64,000 nucleotides of DNA from Octopus vulgaris (lineage: Eukaryota), in NCBI GenBank assembly GCA_951406725.2, contig OX597823.1, forward strand, positions 112,344,001-112,408,000. Reading direction: 5' to 3'. Of the stretch, positions 25,670 to 39,545 are shown piece after piece. Position numbers and translations under genes: made by a program. The notes beneath the pieces are model-generated. The model saw only the letters and a program-made list of their open reading frames with translations. It had not been told where the DNA came from and ran no database searches. Numbering within the stretch: position 1 is the first letter of the stretch; each line of letters opens with the position of its first letter.

Positions 25670-25890
25670 AAAAAAAAAATCATGTGATTTGTTTTGTTGT
25701 CCAGTGTAAAGCTCCTGATTGACACTCCGGAGGAAGGAATATCACATGTTGAATGAGCCGACCATGAATAATTCTGGTCAATATTTTTTTGCAAAAAACT
25801 GAGAACAGTTGAGAATTACCACATACGCGTTTACCACTTTTTCTTTTGTAAAACACATTCTCGACAGTCTTAAGAATTCGCCAAGTACAA
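25670..25890 (-). pseudogene. RTE/BovB-like LINE RT fragment
   Basis: VFYKRKSGKRVCGNSQLFSVFCKKILTRIIHGRLIQHVIFLPPECQSG resembles the RT N-terminal motif (YKRKG..CGN.RGISLLS..GKIL.RI...RL...LPESQCGFR). Confidence 0.75.
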
Positions 25891-26114
25891 AATGAATACA
25901 GATATACATCCATAATATCCATATATAATTTACATACATTATATACAAACATGGCTGCTTAGTTGATGTTGTCTATTTTCCAATAAAGGAGACTTGATTC
26001 TAGGTTAGAGACCAGTTCTTTCAGTATTGGAAAAAAGTTAAAAAATATAACCGGTTCATAAAAATAAACACTTGTGCATACATACATACATACATACATA
26101 CATACATACATACA

Positions 26115-26146
<32 letters not shown>

Positions 26147-26934
26147 CATATATACATACTGGACTTACTTATAATATCTAATATTACAAATTTTTTTATT
26201 GAATTTCTTTGGACAAATCAAATACCAAAGAAAAAAATAACAACCTCACAAATATATATATATATATAAACATATGTGCATACACAAACACGTGTATGCA
26301 TGCAAACACACACATACACATACAGACATACACAAATTGAAGAAAAAAATAACAAAGGAAAAATAAAAGTTATATACGAATGTATGTATGTTAGTATGTA
26401 TATAAGCAACAGGAAAATATTTAAAAAAAAGAGAAAACAAAAAAGGACACACATATAAGCATATGAGCATGATATATATATATATATAATATATATAAAT
26501 ATATATTATATATACGTATAATTATCAAATAAACAACATTGCAATTTGCATTTTATTTATTTGATTTTTCCCTTATTTTTTTATTTCTGTTTCAGGAAAT
26601 ATATAGAGAAAAAAGAGAAAATGAATAAAAAATTGTTTGCGGCAATAATGCATTTTATTCACTGCCAAATAATGATTTTACAGTCTTGTAATTTTCCAGA
26701 GAAGAAACAAGAATTGATTTTTAACCAAAGAATTATATATATTGGCAAAGAATATCATCAATTGTCTCTTTTTTCTCCTTTTTAAGAGATGTTTTTGTTT
26801 GTTTTTTTTTCAAATTTTATTCTTTTGTATAATTTGATCTTTTTTTTTATTTTTCATGTTTCTAAATGATTTATTATTCAATATGACGTACAAGAAGTTT
26901 TATAACCTGATATAACGATGAGTGAGAGAAGACT

Positions 26935-26994
<60 letters not shown>

Positions 26995-28994
26995 GAGTGG
27001 CAGCTGGCTGATTGGTTAATATGTCAGATCTCTGACTCAACCAGGATAGCAGTTTGTTTGTTCTTTATTGTTGTTGTTTGACACCCAGATCAGTTCTGAT
27101 TGAGCTAAAGATATTTCAGTCAAAATCCTTCATCTTCATGAAAATCTAATGCGTCTTTTTAATTTAGTTTTAAATGTGTAAAATGTTATTTCAAGGCTTC
27201 ACATCTCTTTCTCAGAGGTTTGGCAGCCAATGTAACAGATCTCTCATTGACCATTCTTGTTCAATTGTATTCATAATAGCCAAGTTCTGACATTTAACCC
27301 TGAAATAAAAACAGTAGAAGCAATGGAAATTAACAAGTGTTTTATTGCTTTGGTTAAAAGGTAAAAAATACAAACTAGAACTCTTTATAAACACTGAATG
27401 GATGCATATTTATGTTCACCTGTGATGCATTAGAGTGTATGCTAATCACTCATATACTCTTTACTCTTTTACTTGTTTCAGTCATTTGACTGCGGCCATG
27501 CTGGAGCACCGCCGTTAATCGAGCAAATCAACCCCAGGACTTATTCTTTTTGTAAGCCCAGTACTTATTCTATCGGTCTCTTTTTGCCGAACTGCTAAGT
27601 AACAGGGATATAAACACACCAGCATCGGTTGTCAAGCAATGCTAGGGGGACAAACACAGACACACACACACGCATACATATATATACATATATATGACGG
27701 ACTTCTTTCAGTTTCCTTCTACCAAATCCACTCACAAGGCTTTGGTCGGCCCGAGGCTATAGTAGAAGACACTTGCCCAAGGTGCCACGCAGTGGGACTG
27801 AACCCGGAACCATGAGGTTGGTAAACAAGCTACATATCACACAGCAACTTCAACATATAATCAACCCTTTACCTGGATGTTTAGTAAAGGTGTTCTTCAC
27901 AAACCATAAGGACTTCCTCTAAGCCCCTTTGTAAGCTTAGAAAAGTAATCAATTTAAAAAAAATTTTAACCCTTATTGTTAATTACCTTTACCTGTACGG
28001 CATTACCTGTACGGAATTATTCTCAATTCTCAAAGATAATTATCCAACTGTTTTTGGCAATTTCAATCCTGCAATTCCTCATTCCTACATTATTTCTTCT
28101 TTTGCTCTTTTTAGCTCTTTCACCCTAAAAGTTTGTGTTTCTTCACTTTTAATCTTTAACACTTTATTTGCGAATTTTGTTTCTAAATTTCATTACATGA
28201 GATATTAGCCTATTATCCCCTAATCCTTTACACAGCTTCATTTATTTATAACAGCATGGAGTAACAGCTTCTGATAATAGGGTTTCCTAAGTTATGTAAT
28301 TTAATCCATGTCTCTAATCATTTCCTTCCATTCAGTTGTTTTGTAATAGCGGTAGAGGCTGTGTTTCCCCATCCCTTGATTGTTTATTTAATACTTAGAA
28401 CTATTTATTGAATACATAGAGTTTTGTTGTTGTGTATAACCATTCATACTTGCTTCATTTCAACCCCTTATTTTCGTCATTACTCCCAATCAAGTAGCTG
28501 CATTATTAACTCCCTATATTTTAATACAGTAATTTTAAATAACAAATTTACAAAGCTAGCTAGTGAATAAGCTATTTGTTTTACTAAATACTTAATCAAG
28601 CTAAAATTAATTTTTTAAATTTTATTAATTCACTTGTGCCAGTGAACCCAGTGTATTAATTTTCCCTTTATATTCCATTTTTCTGGGTTCAAATATCGCT
28701 GGGATATGTTTTGATGTGTCAGACAAACCAATTTATCAAGCTTCAATCGAATATCTAACAACTGTTGTCTATAAAAAGTTTATTATCATTACCTTGATCA
28801 CTAGCACCACTACTTCTGCCTGTCTACGTTCTGAGTTCAAATTCTGCTGTGGTCAACTTTCCCTTTCATCCTTTTGGGGTCGATAAATTAAGTATTAGTT
28901 GTGTACTGAGGTCAATGTAATTGACTGGCCCCCTCCCCCAAAATTTAAGGTCTTGGCCTATAATAGAAAGGATTATTATTATTGTCATTATAAT

Positions 28995-29328
28995 TTCTTT
29001 TTATCTCAGGTTTTGTTGGAGCTCTTGGAGTCTTACATGAGTAGTGGACTTGCTACCTGCAGCCTACAGTACCATACTATTCATTCTTTACAGCTCTCTA
29101 ATACTTTCCTGATTATTCTGGCTGTGTCAAGGAGGAAAACCTTTTGTAACATTTCTACTGGGCACTCTATTCGAATTTCCTTTATATTCCCCTTGATGCC
29201 TTCTGATACTGTTTCCAAGGACCCAACAGTAATTGGCACTATCTTCACCTTCTTCATTTTCCATAGCCAGGCTATTTCATACTTAATTGGGTTGTATTTA
29301 TCTTTTTTCTTGCCTTCCTTCTTGACTA
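28995..29328 (-). pseudogene. R4/Dong-like non-LTR retrotransposon 3' fragment (restriction-like endonuclease end)
   Basis: KEGKKKDKYNPIKYEIAWLWKMKKVKIVPITVGSLETVS...MLQKVFLLDTARIIRKVL, flanked by (ATT)n on both sides. Confidence 0.8.
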
Positions 29329-29423
29329 TTATTATTATTGTATAAAGGATCGTGGGTAACACCAAAACAATGCAAAATAAATGCAAGAAAACAAATATAT
29401 GAATTAATGTAGACTTACCTTGT

Positions 29424-29461
29424 ATTCAATATTTCGGGGTTATGACCCCATTTTCAAGAAA
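29424..29461 (-). ncRNA. Minimal hammerhead motif with a U3-A8 core
   Basis: UUC-UUGAAAA-U-GGGG-UCAUAA-CCCC-GAA-AUAU-U-GAA, inverted immediately upstream of a PLE GIY-YIG fragment. Confidence 0.6.
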
Positions 29462-29499
29462 TTAATGCATGTTGCCAATGTGCATCTTTTCAAGGACTT

Positions 29500-29800
29500 G
29501 ACATACAGATAGTGCACACTGGCCCTTCCCTGAGAAAAGCTCTGTTCAAGAACAACACCTCTCACTACTCTGAGGAGTGCACATTATCGAACTGCCCCAT
29601 CAATGACCCTGAATTGTGCCAGAGGACCTATGTTGTATATGAGATCATCTGTGGCAGATGTGACGCATCCTACATGGGAAGCACAATGAGAAAACTGCAT
29701 ATATGCATTAAGGAACACATGCAGATGCAGGCAGACGCTTCCGTGAAGAAACATCTACAGAAATGCCAGATCCAGGAAATTACAGTGCACATCAAGGCAA
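29500..29800 (+). pseudogene. PLE GIY-YIG endonuclease fragment
   Basis: CTLSNCPINDPELCQRTYVVYEIICGRCDASYMGSTMRKLHICIKEH...SVKKHLQKC (VVY..CxxC..YMG..EH). Confidence 0.85.
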
Positions 29801-29849
29801 CACACACACAAACACACACACACACACACACATATACATATATATTTAA

Positions 29850-29998
29850 AGGTATTTTTATGTAAGCTTAAAGCTTATAGCGATCAGTGTGCACTGACTA
29901 AAGAAAATAGCCTAATAACAGGACTATTTTCCTTGGTCATTTGCCATAAGCTTTTTCCTTGGTGGTCACCATAAGCTTTAAGCTCATCTAAAAACACC
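29850..29998. mobile_element. Short foldback / MITE-like element
   Basis: About 36-bp imperfect terminal inverted repeats (ggtatttttatgtaagcttaaagcttat / ataagctttaagctcatctaaaaacacc) plus an internal hairpin. Confidence 0.65.
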
Positions 29999-30652
29999 AT
30001 TATTATTATTTACAGGTTTGTAAAATACTGTGCTGTATAACAAAACCATTCACACTGAAAGCATATATTTATACATATACTCTTTACTCTTTACTCTTTT
30101 ACATGTTTCAGTCATTTGACTGCGGCCATGCTGGAGCACCGCCTTTAGTCGAGCAAATCAACCCCGGGACTTATTCTTTGTAAGCCCAGTACTTATTCTA
30201 TCGGTCTCTTTTGCCGAACCGCTAAGTGACGGGGACGTAAACACACCAGCATCGGTTGTCAAGCAATGCTAGGGGTACAAACACAGACACACAAACACAT
30301 ACACATACATACATATACATATATATACATATATACGACAGGCTTCTTTCAGTTTCCGTCTACCAAATCCACTCACAAGGCATTGGTCGGCCCGGGGCTA
30401 TAGCAGAAGACACTTGCCCAAGATGCCACGCAGTGGGACTGAACCTGGAACCATGTGGTTGGTTAGCAAGCTACTTACCACACAGCCACTCATCCCCGTC
30501 TTTCTGTCTATCTACCTATTTATCTATCTGTCTGTATGTATGCATGTATATGTGATTTTGTATGTATATAAAATTACAAAAGGAAATCAATGCTACAAAC
30601 ATATCAACATGCTACCAAACACACACATAGGAACATGCTTGCACACACATTC

Positions 30653-30753
<101 letters not shown>

Positions 30754-32267
30754 TGTTATGTATTTATGTTTGCATACACTGACACACACATGTATGAGTG
30801 TGCATGTTTGTGTATGAATGTGTTTGCATGTGTGTGTGTACTTGTGTGTGTGTGTATTTGTTTGTAATGTATATGTGAGTGGTAGTGTATTTTTATATAT
30901 TTTTATATTAATTTTCTTTAGTAAGCTTACCTTATATTTTTCAATATTCTTTATATTTTATGAAATTCTGTTATTGATTATTTCATGCATGATAGACTTC
31001 TAAGTGGGTGTAGCACTGGAACATTGTGCATATATGTTTGTGCATATGTCTTCATTGAAGGATATTATATACATGTGCATGTATGCGTGTTCCATCATTA
31101 TAAAATCTTTGTTTGCAAAAACAGAAAAAAAAAATGAAAGAAAAATAAAGCTAAATATATAATAAAGAAAGAAAAGGCAACAGAAAACTTAGAACCAACA
31201 TGGATTGCTAATAATTATAATTAAAAAAGTAGCTAACAAATATTTCTTAAAACCAGCAACAAAAGTTTAAATAAGCATATATTAATTCATATAAAATATA
31301 TAAAAAAAATTTAATGTATACAAAAATAACGAAACTTAGGAAAATAAATGGTAATGAAGGATTTTTTCAATGAAAACAAGACAAAAAATATTATTATAAA
31401 TAAAAAAGCAAATTGCAATTATAAGTTAATTTGTGAAGAAAAGGCGTGAGTAGAAATATTTTAGCAAAATATCCTTCTTTCTTACTGCCATTTTGCTGTT
31501 TTTTCTCTATTTTCTTTTTTATTGTGTTAGTTCATTTTCTTTCTTTCTATCTTCCTTCTATATATCTTACCTATTTTTATTTCATTTTGCATGCTCACAT
31601 GAATAGGTGTGTGTCTGGGCGAGTATCTATATGCATGTATGTACGCATATATGCTTGCGGCGATATGAGTATCCATGGCTCATATTAGTATATGACTTAA
31701 TATCTATGGTTACACACATATCTGTAATTTTCATATTTCTCAAATTTGTTTTCTTTTTGTATGTCTGGTAACTTTTAAATGGATTTACAGTATGGAATAA
31801 GAAGACTCTTCTAGGTAAGTGCATGGGGAAGGTCATTTGTGGGTGGGGCATTTGCAAGATGAAGTTAGTGTAAGGGTTCTTTCAGAGTCAATAACTTAGT
31901 TCAATAAATGGTTCATTTCACTTTATATTCACTCTGGCATGAAAGCAATTGAAATTGTCATAGATTTCTTCCTGTGAGAAACAGATATTTGCATTGCTGT
32001 TAGAATTATTATTATTATTGTTGTTGTTGTCATCATTGTTGTAGTTATTGTTGTTGTTGTTGCTGTTGTTGTTGTTGCTGTTGTTGTTGTTGCATTGGAA
32101 GGTAGAAGCAGTTTCATATTCACAACCAGTGGATAAGAACACTCAAAAGCAGAAGTAGAGTTTATATGTAATGTATATTTTATTTTCGAAACTGATAACT
32201 TGACAAGTGGAAGCATGAAAGTTAAGTTATTCTGTGGAGTTACCAACTTTTAAAAGTAGTATAAAAC

Positions 32268-32402
32268 GTGTGTGTTTATGTGTGTGTGTGTGTGTGTATG
32301 TATGTGTGTGTGTGTGTTTGTGTGTGTATGTGTGTTTGTGTGTGTGTGTGTGTATGTGTGTTTGTGTGTGTGTGTGTGTATGTGTGTTTGTGTGTGTGTA
32401 TG

Positions 32403-32435
<33 letters not shown>

Positions 32436-32552
32436 ATGTGTGTTTGTGTGTGTGTGTGTGTATGTGTGTTTGTGTGTTTGTGTGTGTATGTGTGTGTTGT
32501 GTGTGTGTGTGTGTGTATGTATGTGTGTATGTGTGTGTGTGTGTGTGTATGT

Positions 32553-32619
<67 letters not shown>

Positions 32620-32654
32620 TTTGTGTGTGTGTGTGTGTGTGTGTATGTGTGTAT

Positions 32655-32706
<52 letters not shown>

Positions 32707-32966
32707 GTGTTTGTGTGTGTGTGTGTGTATGTGTGTATGTGTGTTTGTGTGTGTATGTGTGTTTGTGTGTGTGTGTGTGTGTGTTTGTGTGTTTGTGTGT
32801 GTATGTGTGTTTGTGTGTGTGTGTGTGTTTATGTGTGTGTGTGTGTGTATGTATGTGTGTATGTGTGTATGTGTGTTTGTGTGTTTATGTGTGTGTGTGT
32901 GTGTATGTATGTGTGTATGTGTGTGTGTGTGTGTGTATGTGTGTGTGTGTGTTTGTGTGTTTGTGT

Positions 32967-33006
<40 letters not shown>
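32268..33006. repeat. About 740-bp imperfect (TG)n tract
   Basis: Direct reading. Confidence 0.97.
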
Positions 33007-33008
<2 letters not shown>

Positions 33009-33736
33009 CATGGTTGAATGACTGAGAAATTTGCTTCACAGTTATAAAGTCCCAGGTTATATCCTTGCATTTGGCATCTGTTTCGCCTACCCAAGCCTTG
33101 TGCTTAAAACTGGTTGGATGGTGGAAGCGGTGCCAAAACCCATGGAGGGATTGCAATCGTATTTTTTTAAAGCTTGGGACTTTATTATATCAGTCCCCTT
33201 TACCAAACTGCTAAGTTATGGAAATGTAAACAAACCAACATTTATCAAGAATTGGCAGGGTACAAACAGAAACACACACACACACACACATGTATAGATG
33301 TATACATATAAATATGCATGCATATGACAGTCTTCTTTCAGTTTCTGTCTACAAAATCCACCCACAAGGTATTGGTCAGTGGCGAGCTGGCAGAATTGTT
33401 AGCACGCTGGGCGAAATGCGTAGCCGTATTTCATCTGCCGTTATGTTCTGAGTTCAAATACCGCCGAGGTCGACTTTGCCTTTCATCGTTTCGGGGTCGA
33501 TAAATTAAGTACCAGTTACGAACTGGGGTCGATATAATCGACTTAATCCGTTTGTCAGTCCTTGTTTGTCCTCTCTGTGTTTAACCCCTTGTGGCTAGTA
33601 AAGAAATAGGTATTGGTCAGCCCAGGTTTATAGTAGAATAAACTTGTCCCAGATGCAGTGAAGTGAAAGTGATTTCCTCTTTTTTAGAAGTTACTAACAG
33701 CTACTAATAAGTTTTTGTTTTATTTTTTCCAAATTC

Positions 33737-35338
33737 AAGGGTCAGCTGAAAGGTCCATATGTTAACCCTGATATTCTCTTGGAATGTGACCAAATGAAGT
33801 TTATTTTCCAACATAGTTCCACTTGTGATTCACACACTTCTTTTATTGATGTTGCAGTGTATGGATGCAATTGATGAAGAAGCTTTCACCCTGTTGGTTA
33901 AAAAAAAAGCACCAACAGCAAATATGACGTCATCTTCACGGTGATACTGGCTCCCAGCTAAGTGGGTTTTTTTTAATGCTGTGGAACAAATGATAGATAG
34001 ATGGAGCTAAATCAAGAGAATAAGGAGGCTGGTCAACCCTTTCAAAGCCATGGTCACTCACAGCAGCCATTGAAGCCAAAGACTCGTGTGCTGGAACGTT
34101 GTCTTGATGAACCAAGACACCTTTCATCAGTTTTCCTGGATATTTGGTCTTAATAGCGGTTTGTAAATGCCACAGCAAGTTGGCATAGTACTCTTCATTG
34201 ATGGTGTGGCCCTTTAGAGATAGTCAATGAACACAATCCCTTTTGCATCCCCAAAAACTGAGGCCATCACCTTCCCTGCAGATGAAACAACCATGACCTT
34301 CTTTGGAGCAGTTGGTGGTGGTGGGGGTGTTTCTACTACATAGATTGTTCTCTTTGGCTCTGGTTACTCAAAGTGATGTAACCAACACCCATCCTGGCTT
34401 AGGAAACGTTCAAGAAAACCATCTGTATCTGCTCAAGCAATGTCAGCTTCTCCCATGATGTGATCAGCTTGGTCCACTTTTGATCGGTTGTCAGAAAACA
34501 TGGCACCCACTGAGCAGAAACTATCATCATACCAAGTTCCTTAAATGAAATATTCTCAACCCTTTCATAGGATATGCTAACAGCATTGGCTAATTAATTC
34601 ATAGTCAGTCATGTGTTATCCATCATCATAGTGGAGGCGCAATGGCCCAGTGGTTAGGGCAGTGGACTCGCGGTCGTAGGATCGCGGTTTCAATTCCCAG
34701 ACCGGGCGTTGTGAATGTTTATTGAGCAAAAACACCTAAAACTCCACGAGGCTCCGGCAGGGGATGGTGGTGATCCCTGCTGTATTCTTTCACCACAACT
34801 TTCCCTCACTCTTACTTCCTGTTTCTGTTGTATTTGTATTTCAAAGGGCCGGCCTTGTCACTCTCTGTGTCACGCTGAATATTCCTGAGAACTACGTTAA
34901 GGGTACATGTGTCTGTGGAGTGCTCAGCCACTTACACGTTAATTTTACGAGCAGGCTGTTCCGTTGATCGGATCAACCGGAACCCTCGTCGTCGTAACCG
35001 ACGGAGTGCTTCCATCCATCCATCATCATGTGGTGAACACAATCAATGTTTTCCTCGATGGTGGCAATTTCAGGAGATGTCCAGACAATGGGTCATCTTC
35101 AAGACGCTCCTTTCCTCTCCTAAATTCAGTTGTCCTCTTTTGCACTGTTGATAAACCTGGAGTGTCGTCCCCCAATGTAGTAACCATGTCAACATGAATG
35201 TTGTTGGTAGGTGGGGGGCTAAACCTTTTTCTGCGGGTACTTGATAGCAGCACGATGCTAAATTTTGTCCGTTTTCAAGAGAACTCACCACTTTTTTTTT
35301 TTTGAAGTCTTCTTTTGAAGAATCAAATGTCAGTCTAC
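33737..35338 (-). mobile_element. Decayed mariner transposon with nested SINE family 3
   Basis: N-terminal NIHVDMVTTLGDDTPGLSTVQKRTTEFRRGKERLEDDPLSG and C-terminal VLVHQDNVPAH...QPPYSLDLAPSIYHLF (YSPDLAP motif). TIR-like end at about 33737-33765. Confidence 0.9.
34631..35012 (+). mobile_element. tRNA-derived SINE family 3 inside mariner
   Basis: Matches 18764-19152. Flanked by the direct repeat atccatcatcat. Confidence 0.9.
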
Positions 35339-36029
35339 CTGGAAAGAAAAAATACAGCTATTAATAATCTAAAGGAAGTATGGAGTCAAAGCAAAATATG
35401 GTCCCCCTACCTACATTGTGATTTTAAAATGGGATGGTCATAGTAGAATTACTAGATCAAATGTGAATTTTCATTATAGTAGAATTTCTAGACCAAATTG
35501 ACCTGTAGCTAGACTATAACAACTGGTTGTTGACAAGTGTACACTCTGCTGTAACCTGATCAAAAACATACAGTACATACACATTCTCTCTCTATCTCTC
35601 TCACATACCCAGAAGCACACACACACACACACACACAAACACAAACACACAAACACACACACACACACATACTTTCAAATCTATTTGTGAAAAGATTTGT
35701 TCTGAGAAATTCCATAAGAATATTTCTTCCTTGGGGTCAAAACTCCGAGGAAAGGCCAACTGCACAATAATCATTTTATGAGAATTGGTCTCATGTATGA
35801 ATTGCTGAATAATGTGATGTGAGGTGCTCTTACTTAAAATACACAATGTATATGCTTGCAAACATACATACATATATATATATATACATGTGTTTTTGTG
35901 CTTATGCATGTGACAACCATTAGGTTTGAGACTCAGTCCCGCAATTCAAGATATTGGACTTGTACTTTGGCCCTTGGTCTACCAAACCTTTATGAGTAGA
36001 TTTGGTATATGGAAATTGAATGATATCGG

Positions 36030-36060
<31 letters not shown>

Positions 36061-36064
<4 letters not shown>

Positions 36065-36245
36065 ATAAAGTTAATCCAAACAAGAAAGCACAAAAAAACA
36101 CAACACAAGGACGTGGAACAAATATTGTATTATTGGAAGCTCAGAAAAGAAGGAAAGAAGGAGGGTTTAACGTTTTGAGCGGAGCTCTTCGTCGGAAACA
36201 TAGGAGAAGGAAAGATCCAGAGAAGGGAAGACAGAGGAAAAAAAA
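36061..36245 (-). mobile_element. Family A pLTR-like element with degenerate hammerhead (36165-36199)
   Basis: GUUU-CCGACGA-A-GAGC-UCC-GCUC-AAA-ACGU-U-AAAC. It sits in the TA core of a decayed SINE. Confidence 0.7.
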
Positions 36246-36547
36246 TATATTTATGCATCTAAGCATGTGTGTGTGTGTTTGTCTTGACTAGTCTTCATAT
36301 TATTTACTAATTGTAAACAAATGTCACTATTGTATAAGTAGTGTAATTAATTTACAATCTACCTTGAGAATATAACTATCTGTTGTACTGTTAATGACTA
36401 AAGTACTCGGGTAATATTACTTTTCTTGAAAAATTGTAAGGGTAGGTGACAGGAAGAGCATCTCAGGAAAGCCATAGGAAATTTGCCTTCACCAAATTTT
36501 TCTGACCCATGCAATCATGGAAAAGCAGATAGTAAAACTGTTGTCCA

Positions 36548-36740
36548 ACACACACACACACACATTTACATACGTACATACATACATACATACATACATG
36601 CATACATACATACATACACACATACATACACACAAACATACATGCATGCATACATACATATACATACATACATACACACATGCATGCATGTGTGCATGCA
36701 TACATATATATACATACATACATACATACATATACATACG

Positions 36741-36772
<32 letters not shown>

Positions 36773-37165
36773 TACATACATATTTACGTACATACATACA
36801 TACATGCATACATGCATACATACATACATACATACATGCATACATACATACATACATACATACATACATACAAACATACATACATGCATATGTATGTACG
36901 TACATACATACATACATACATACATACATACATACATACATACATACATACATACATACATACATACATACATACATACATACATACATACATACATACA
37001 TACATACATACATACATACATACATACATACATACATACATACATACATACATACATACATACATACATACATACATACATACATACATACATACATACA
37101 TACATACATTCATACATACATACATACATACATACATACATACATACATACATGCATACATATTC
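36548..37165. repeat. (CATA)n microsatellite
   Basis: Direct reading. Confidence 0.97.
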
Positions 37166-37471
37166 ACACTCAACCAAGATTTTTTTTCAGAAATAAATAT
37201 ATTGCTTCAAATTACATTTCATCAAAATTTTCTTTAATATTGCAATATATTTTCTTATATAACATTTGATTATTTTAAAAATAATGTAAGACCTTGTAAT
37301 TCCTTTGGATAAATTCCATATTAAAATGCAAACCTTGCTTGTTTATATATTTAGCTTTATTTCCTTTGTCAATTTTGGCAATATTGCATTCATTGATGGC
37401 TTACATATACACAAATAAATATATACATACATACATACATACAGATGCAGAAACATACACAAATACAAAGT

Positions 37472-37505
<34 letters not shown>

Positions 37506-37823
37506 CAAGCACACATGCATATATAGATATGTACACAGCAAAAACGAAAGAAAGAGAGAGAGAGGGGGGAGGGGGGTAAGTGCGTGTCATACATATGTAT
37601 GAGCAAAAATATTTTCAAACATAACCAAGTAAACGAGTGTATTTGTATGTGTAACTTTATACCTAAAATTATACATTCATATTCATACAAATATATAGTC
37701 TACAGGCTTACACAAGAATACAACACTGTTATGCATAGGTATGTGTGTGTATCTATATATGCATGTATGTGTACGCATATATGTATATATTTGTGTATAT
37801 ATACATATAAATATTATTTTTAA

Positions 37824-37924
<101 letters not shown>

Positions 37925-38132
37925 ATGTATTTAAGAAATAGCATACTCTATGCATGCTAATGAAATTTCAAGCAGAGAAATCTAATCTGCTGCATTGCCG
38001 AAAGTTATGGACTGGAATATATATACATATATATATACATATACATACATATATATATACATATACATACATATATATATATTTACTGTGACACTGTAGA
38101 TGAAGTTATTGTCTGCAGACAGTTCTAGCAAT

Positions 38133-38265
38133 GTCATCATCATCATCATCAGCATCATCACCAACATCATCAATCTCATCATCATCATCGTCATCATCAT
38201 CATCACCACCACCACCACCACCATCATCATCATTATCATTGTCATCATCATCGTCGTCGTCGTCG

Positions 38266-38298
<33 letters not shown>

Positions 38299-38367
38299 CC
38301 ATCATCACCACATGCAGCACACCTCCACTGCCACTGTTGGCACCAGTCATGGTCATTGCATTAGTTG

Positions 38368-38419
<52 letters not shown>

Positions 38420-38420
38420 C
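38133..38420. repeat. (CAT)n/(CAG)n trinucleotide mosaic
   Basis: Direct reading. Confidence 0.92.
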
Positions 38421-39137
38421 GTCACCTTTTTCGCTTTTATTGCGTTCTGTGTTCAAAACATACTGAGGTCATCTTTACTTAACATCCTTCTGGTGGTGGT
38501 GGGGTGGGGTCTACAAAATGAAGTACACACTGAGGTCAATTCCATCAGTTATGGGGGCTTGAAGTAACCGACTACCTGTTTGCACCAAAATCTTTATCTT
38601 CCTGCTTATGTTTCAAACTAGCAAGGTTCCTTGGTTGCCCTGGGGCCTCAGTCCCCACCTATACCAAATTTATTCACATTCAGTGGTCGTTGCTTTTATT
38701 GTTTACATATGTATTCTTTTATCCTTTTATTCTTTTACTTAGTACTTAGTACTTTAAGCTTAGTACTTATTCTATCAGTCTCTTTTGTTGAACCGCTAAG
38801 TTACAGGGATGTAGACGCACCAACACCGGTTGTGAAGCAGTGATGTGGGGACAAACATAGACACAAAGACATACACACACAAACACACACACACACATAC
38901 AATCGGCTTCTCTCAGTTTCCATCTACCAAATCCACTCACAAGGCTTTGGTCAGCCCATGGCTATAGTAGAAGACACTTGCTTAAGGTGTCACAGAGTGG
39001 GAGAGAACCCAGGGAAGCAAGCTTCTTACCACACAGCCATGCCTGCATCTATCTTAGATAAATCCCCACCATTTTTTAATATTTTTATTGTCATAAATAT
39101 CAATTTGTCAGCCCCTGTGGCTAATAAATTATTATCA

Positions 39138-39180
<43 letters not shown>

Positions 39181-39182
39181 CA

Positions 39183-39545
39183 TTAAAATTTTCATTAAAA
39201 TCTTTGAAAAAATTTTCCAAAGTTTTCACCAAAATTTTTGAAAAGATTTTCAAAATTTTCATCTTTCATCAAAATTTTTGAAATATTTTCAAAACTTTCA
39301 TCAATTATTTTAAGTTTTTCCAAAAATTTTCATTAAAAACTTTGAAAAGTTTTTCAAAATTTTCATCAAAATGTTCAAAATGTTTTTTCCAAAATTTTTA
39401 CCAAAATTTTTGAAATGTCTTTCAAAATTTTTATCAAAATCTTTGAAAAGTTTTTCCAAAATTTTCACCAAAAGTTTTGAAAATTTTTTCAAAATTTTCA
39501 CCGAAATCTTTGAAAAGTTTTTCCAAAATTTTCAGCAAAATCTTT
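39183..39545. repeat. AT-rich minisatellite, about 33-34-bp unit (caaaattttcaccaaaatctttgaaaagtttttc)
   Basis: About 10-11 degenerate tandem units. Confidence 0.85.

Noticed and set aside
27860-28790. Possible highly decayed PLE endonuclease region on the minus strand
   Set aside because: Only faint motif hints (YTGFTGT), too degenerate to support a call.
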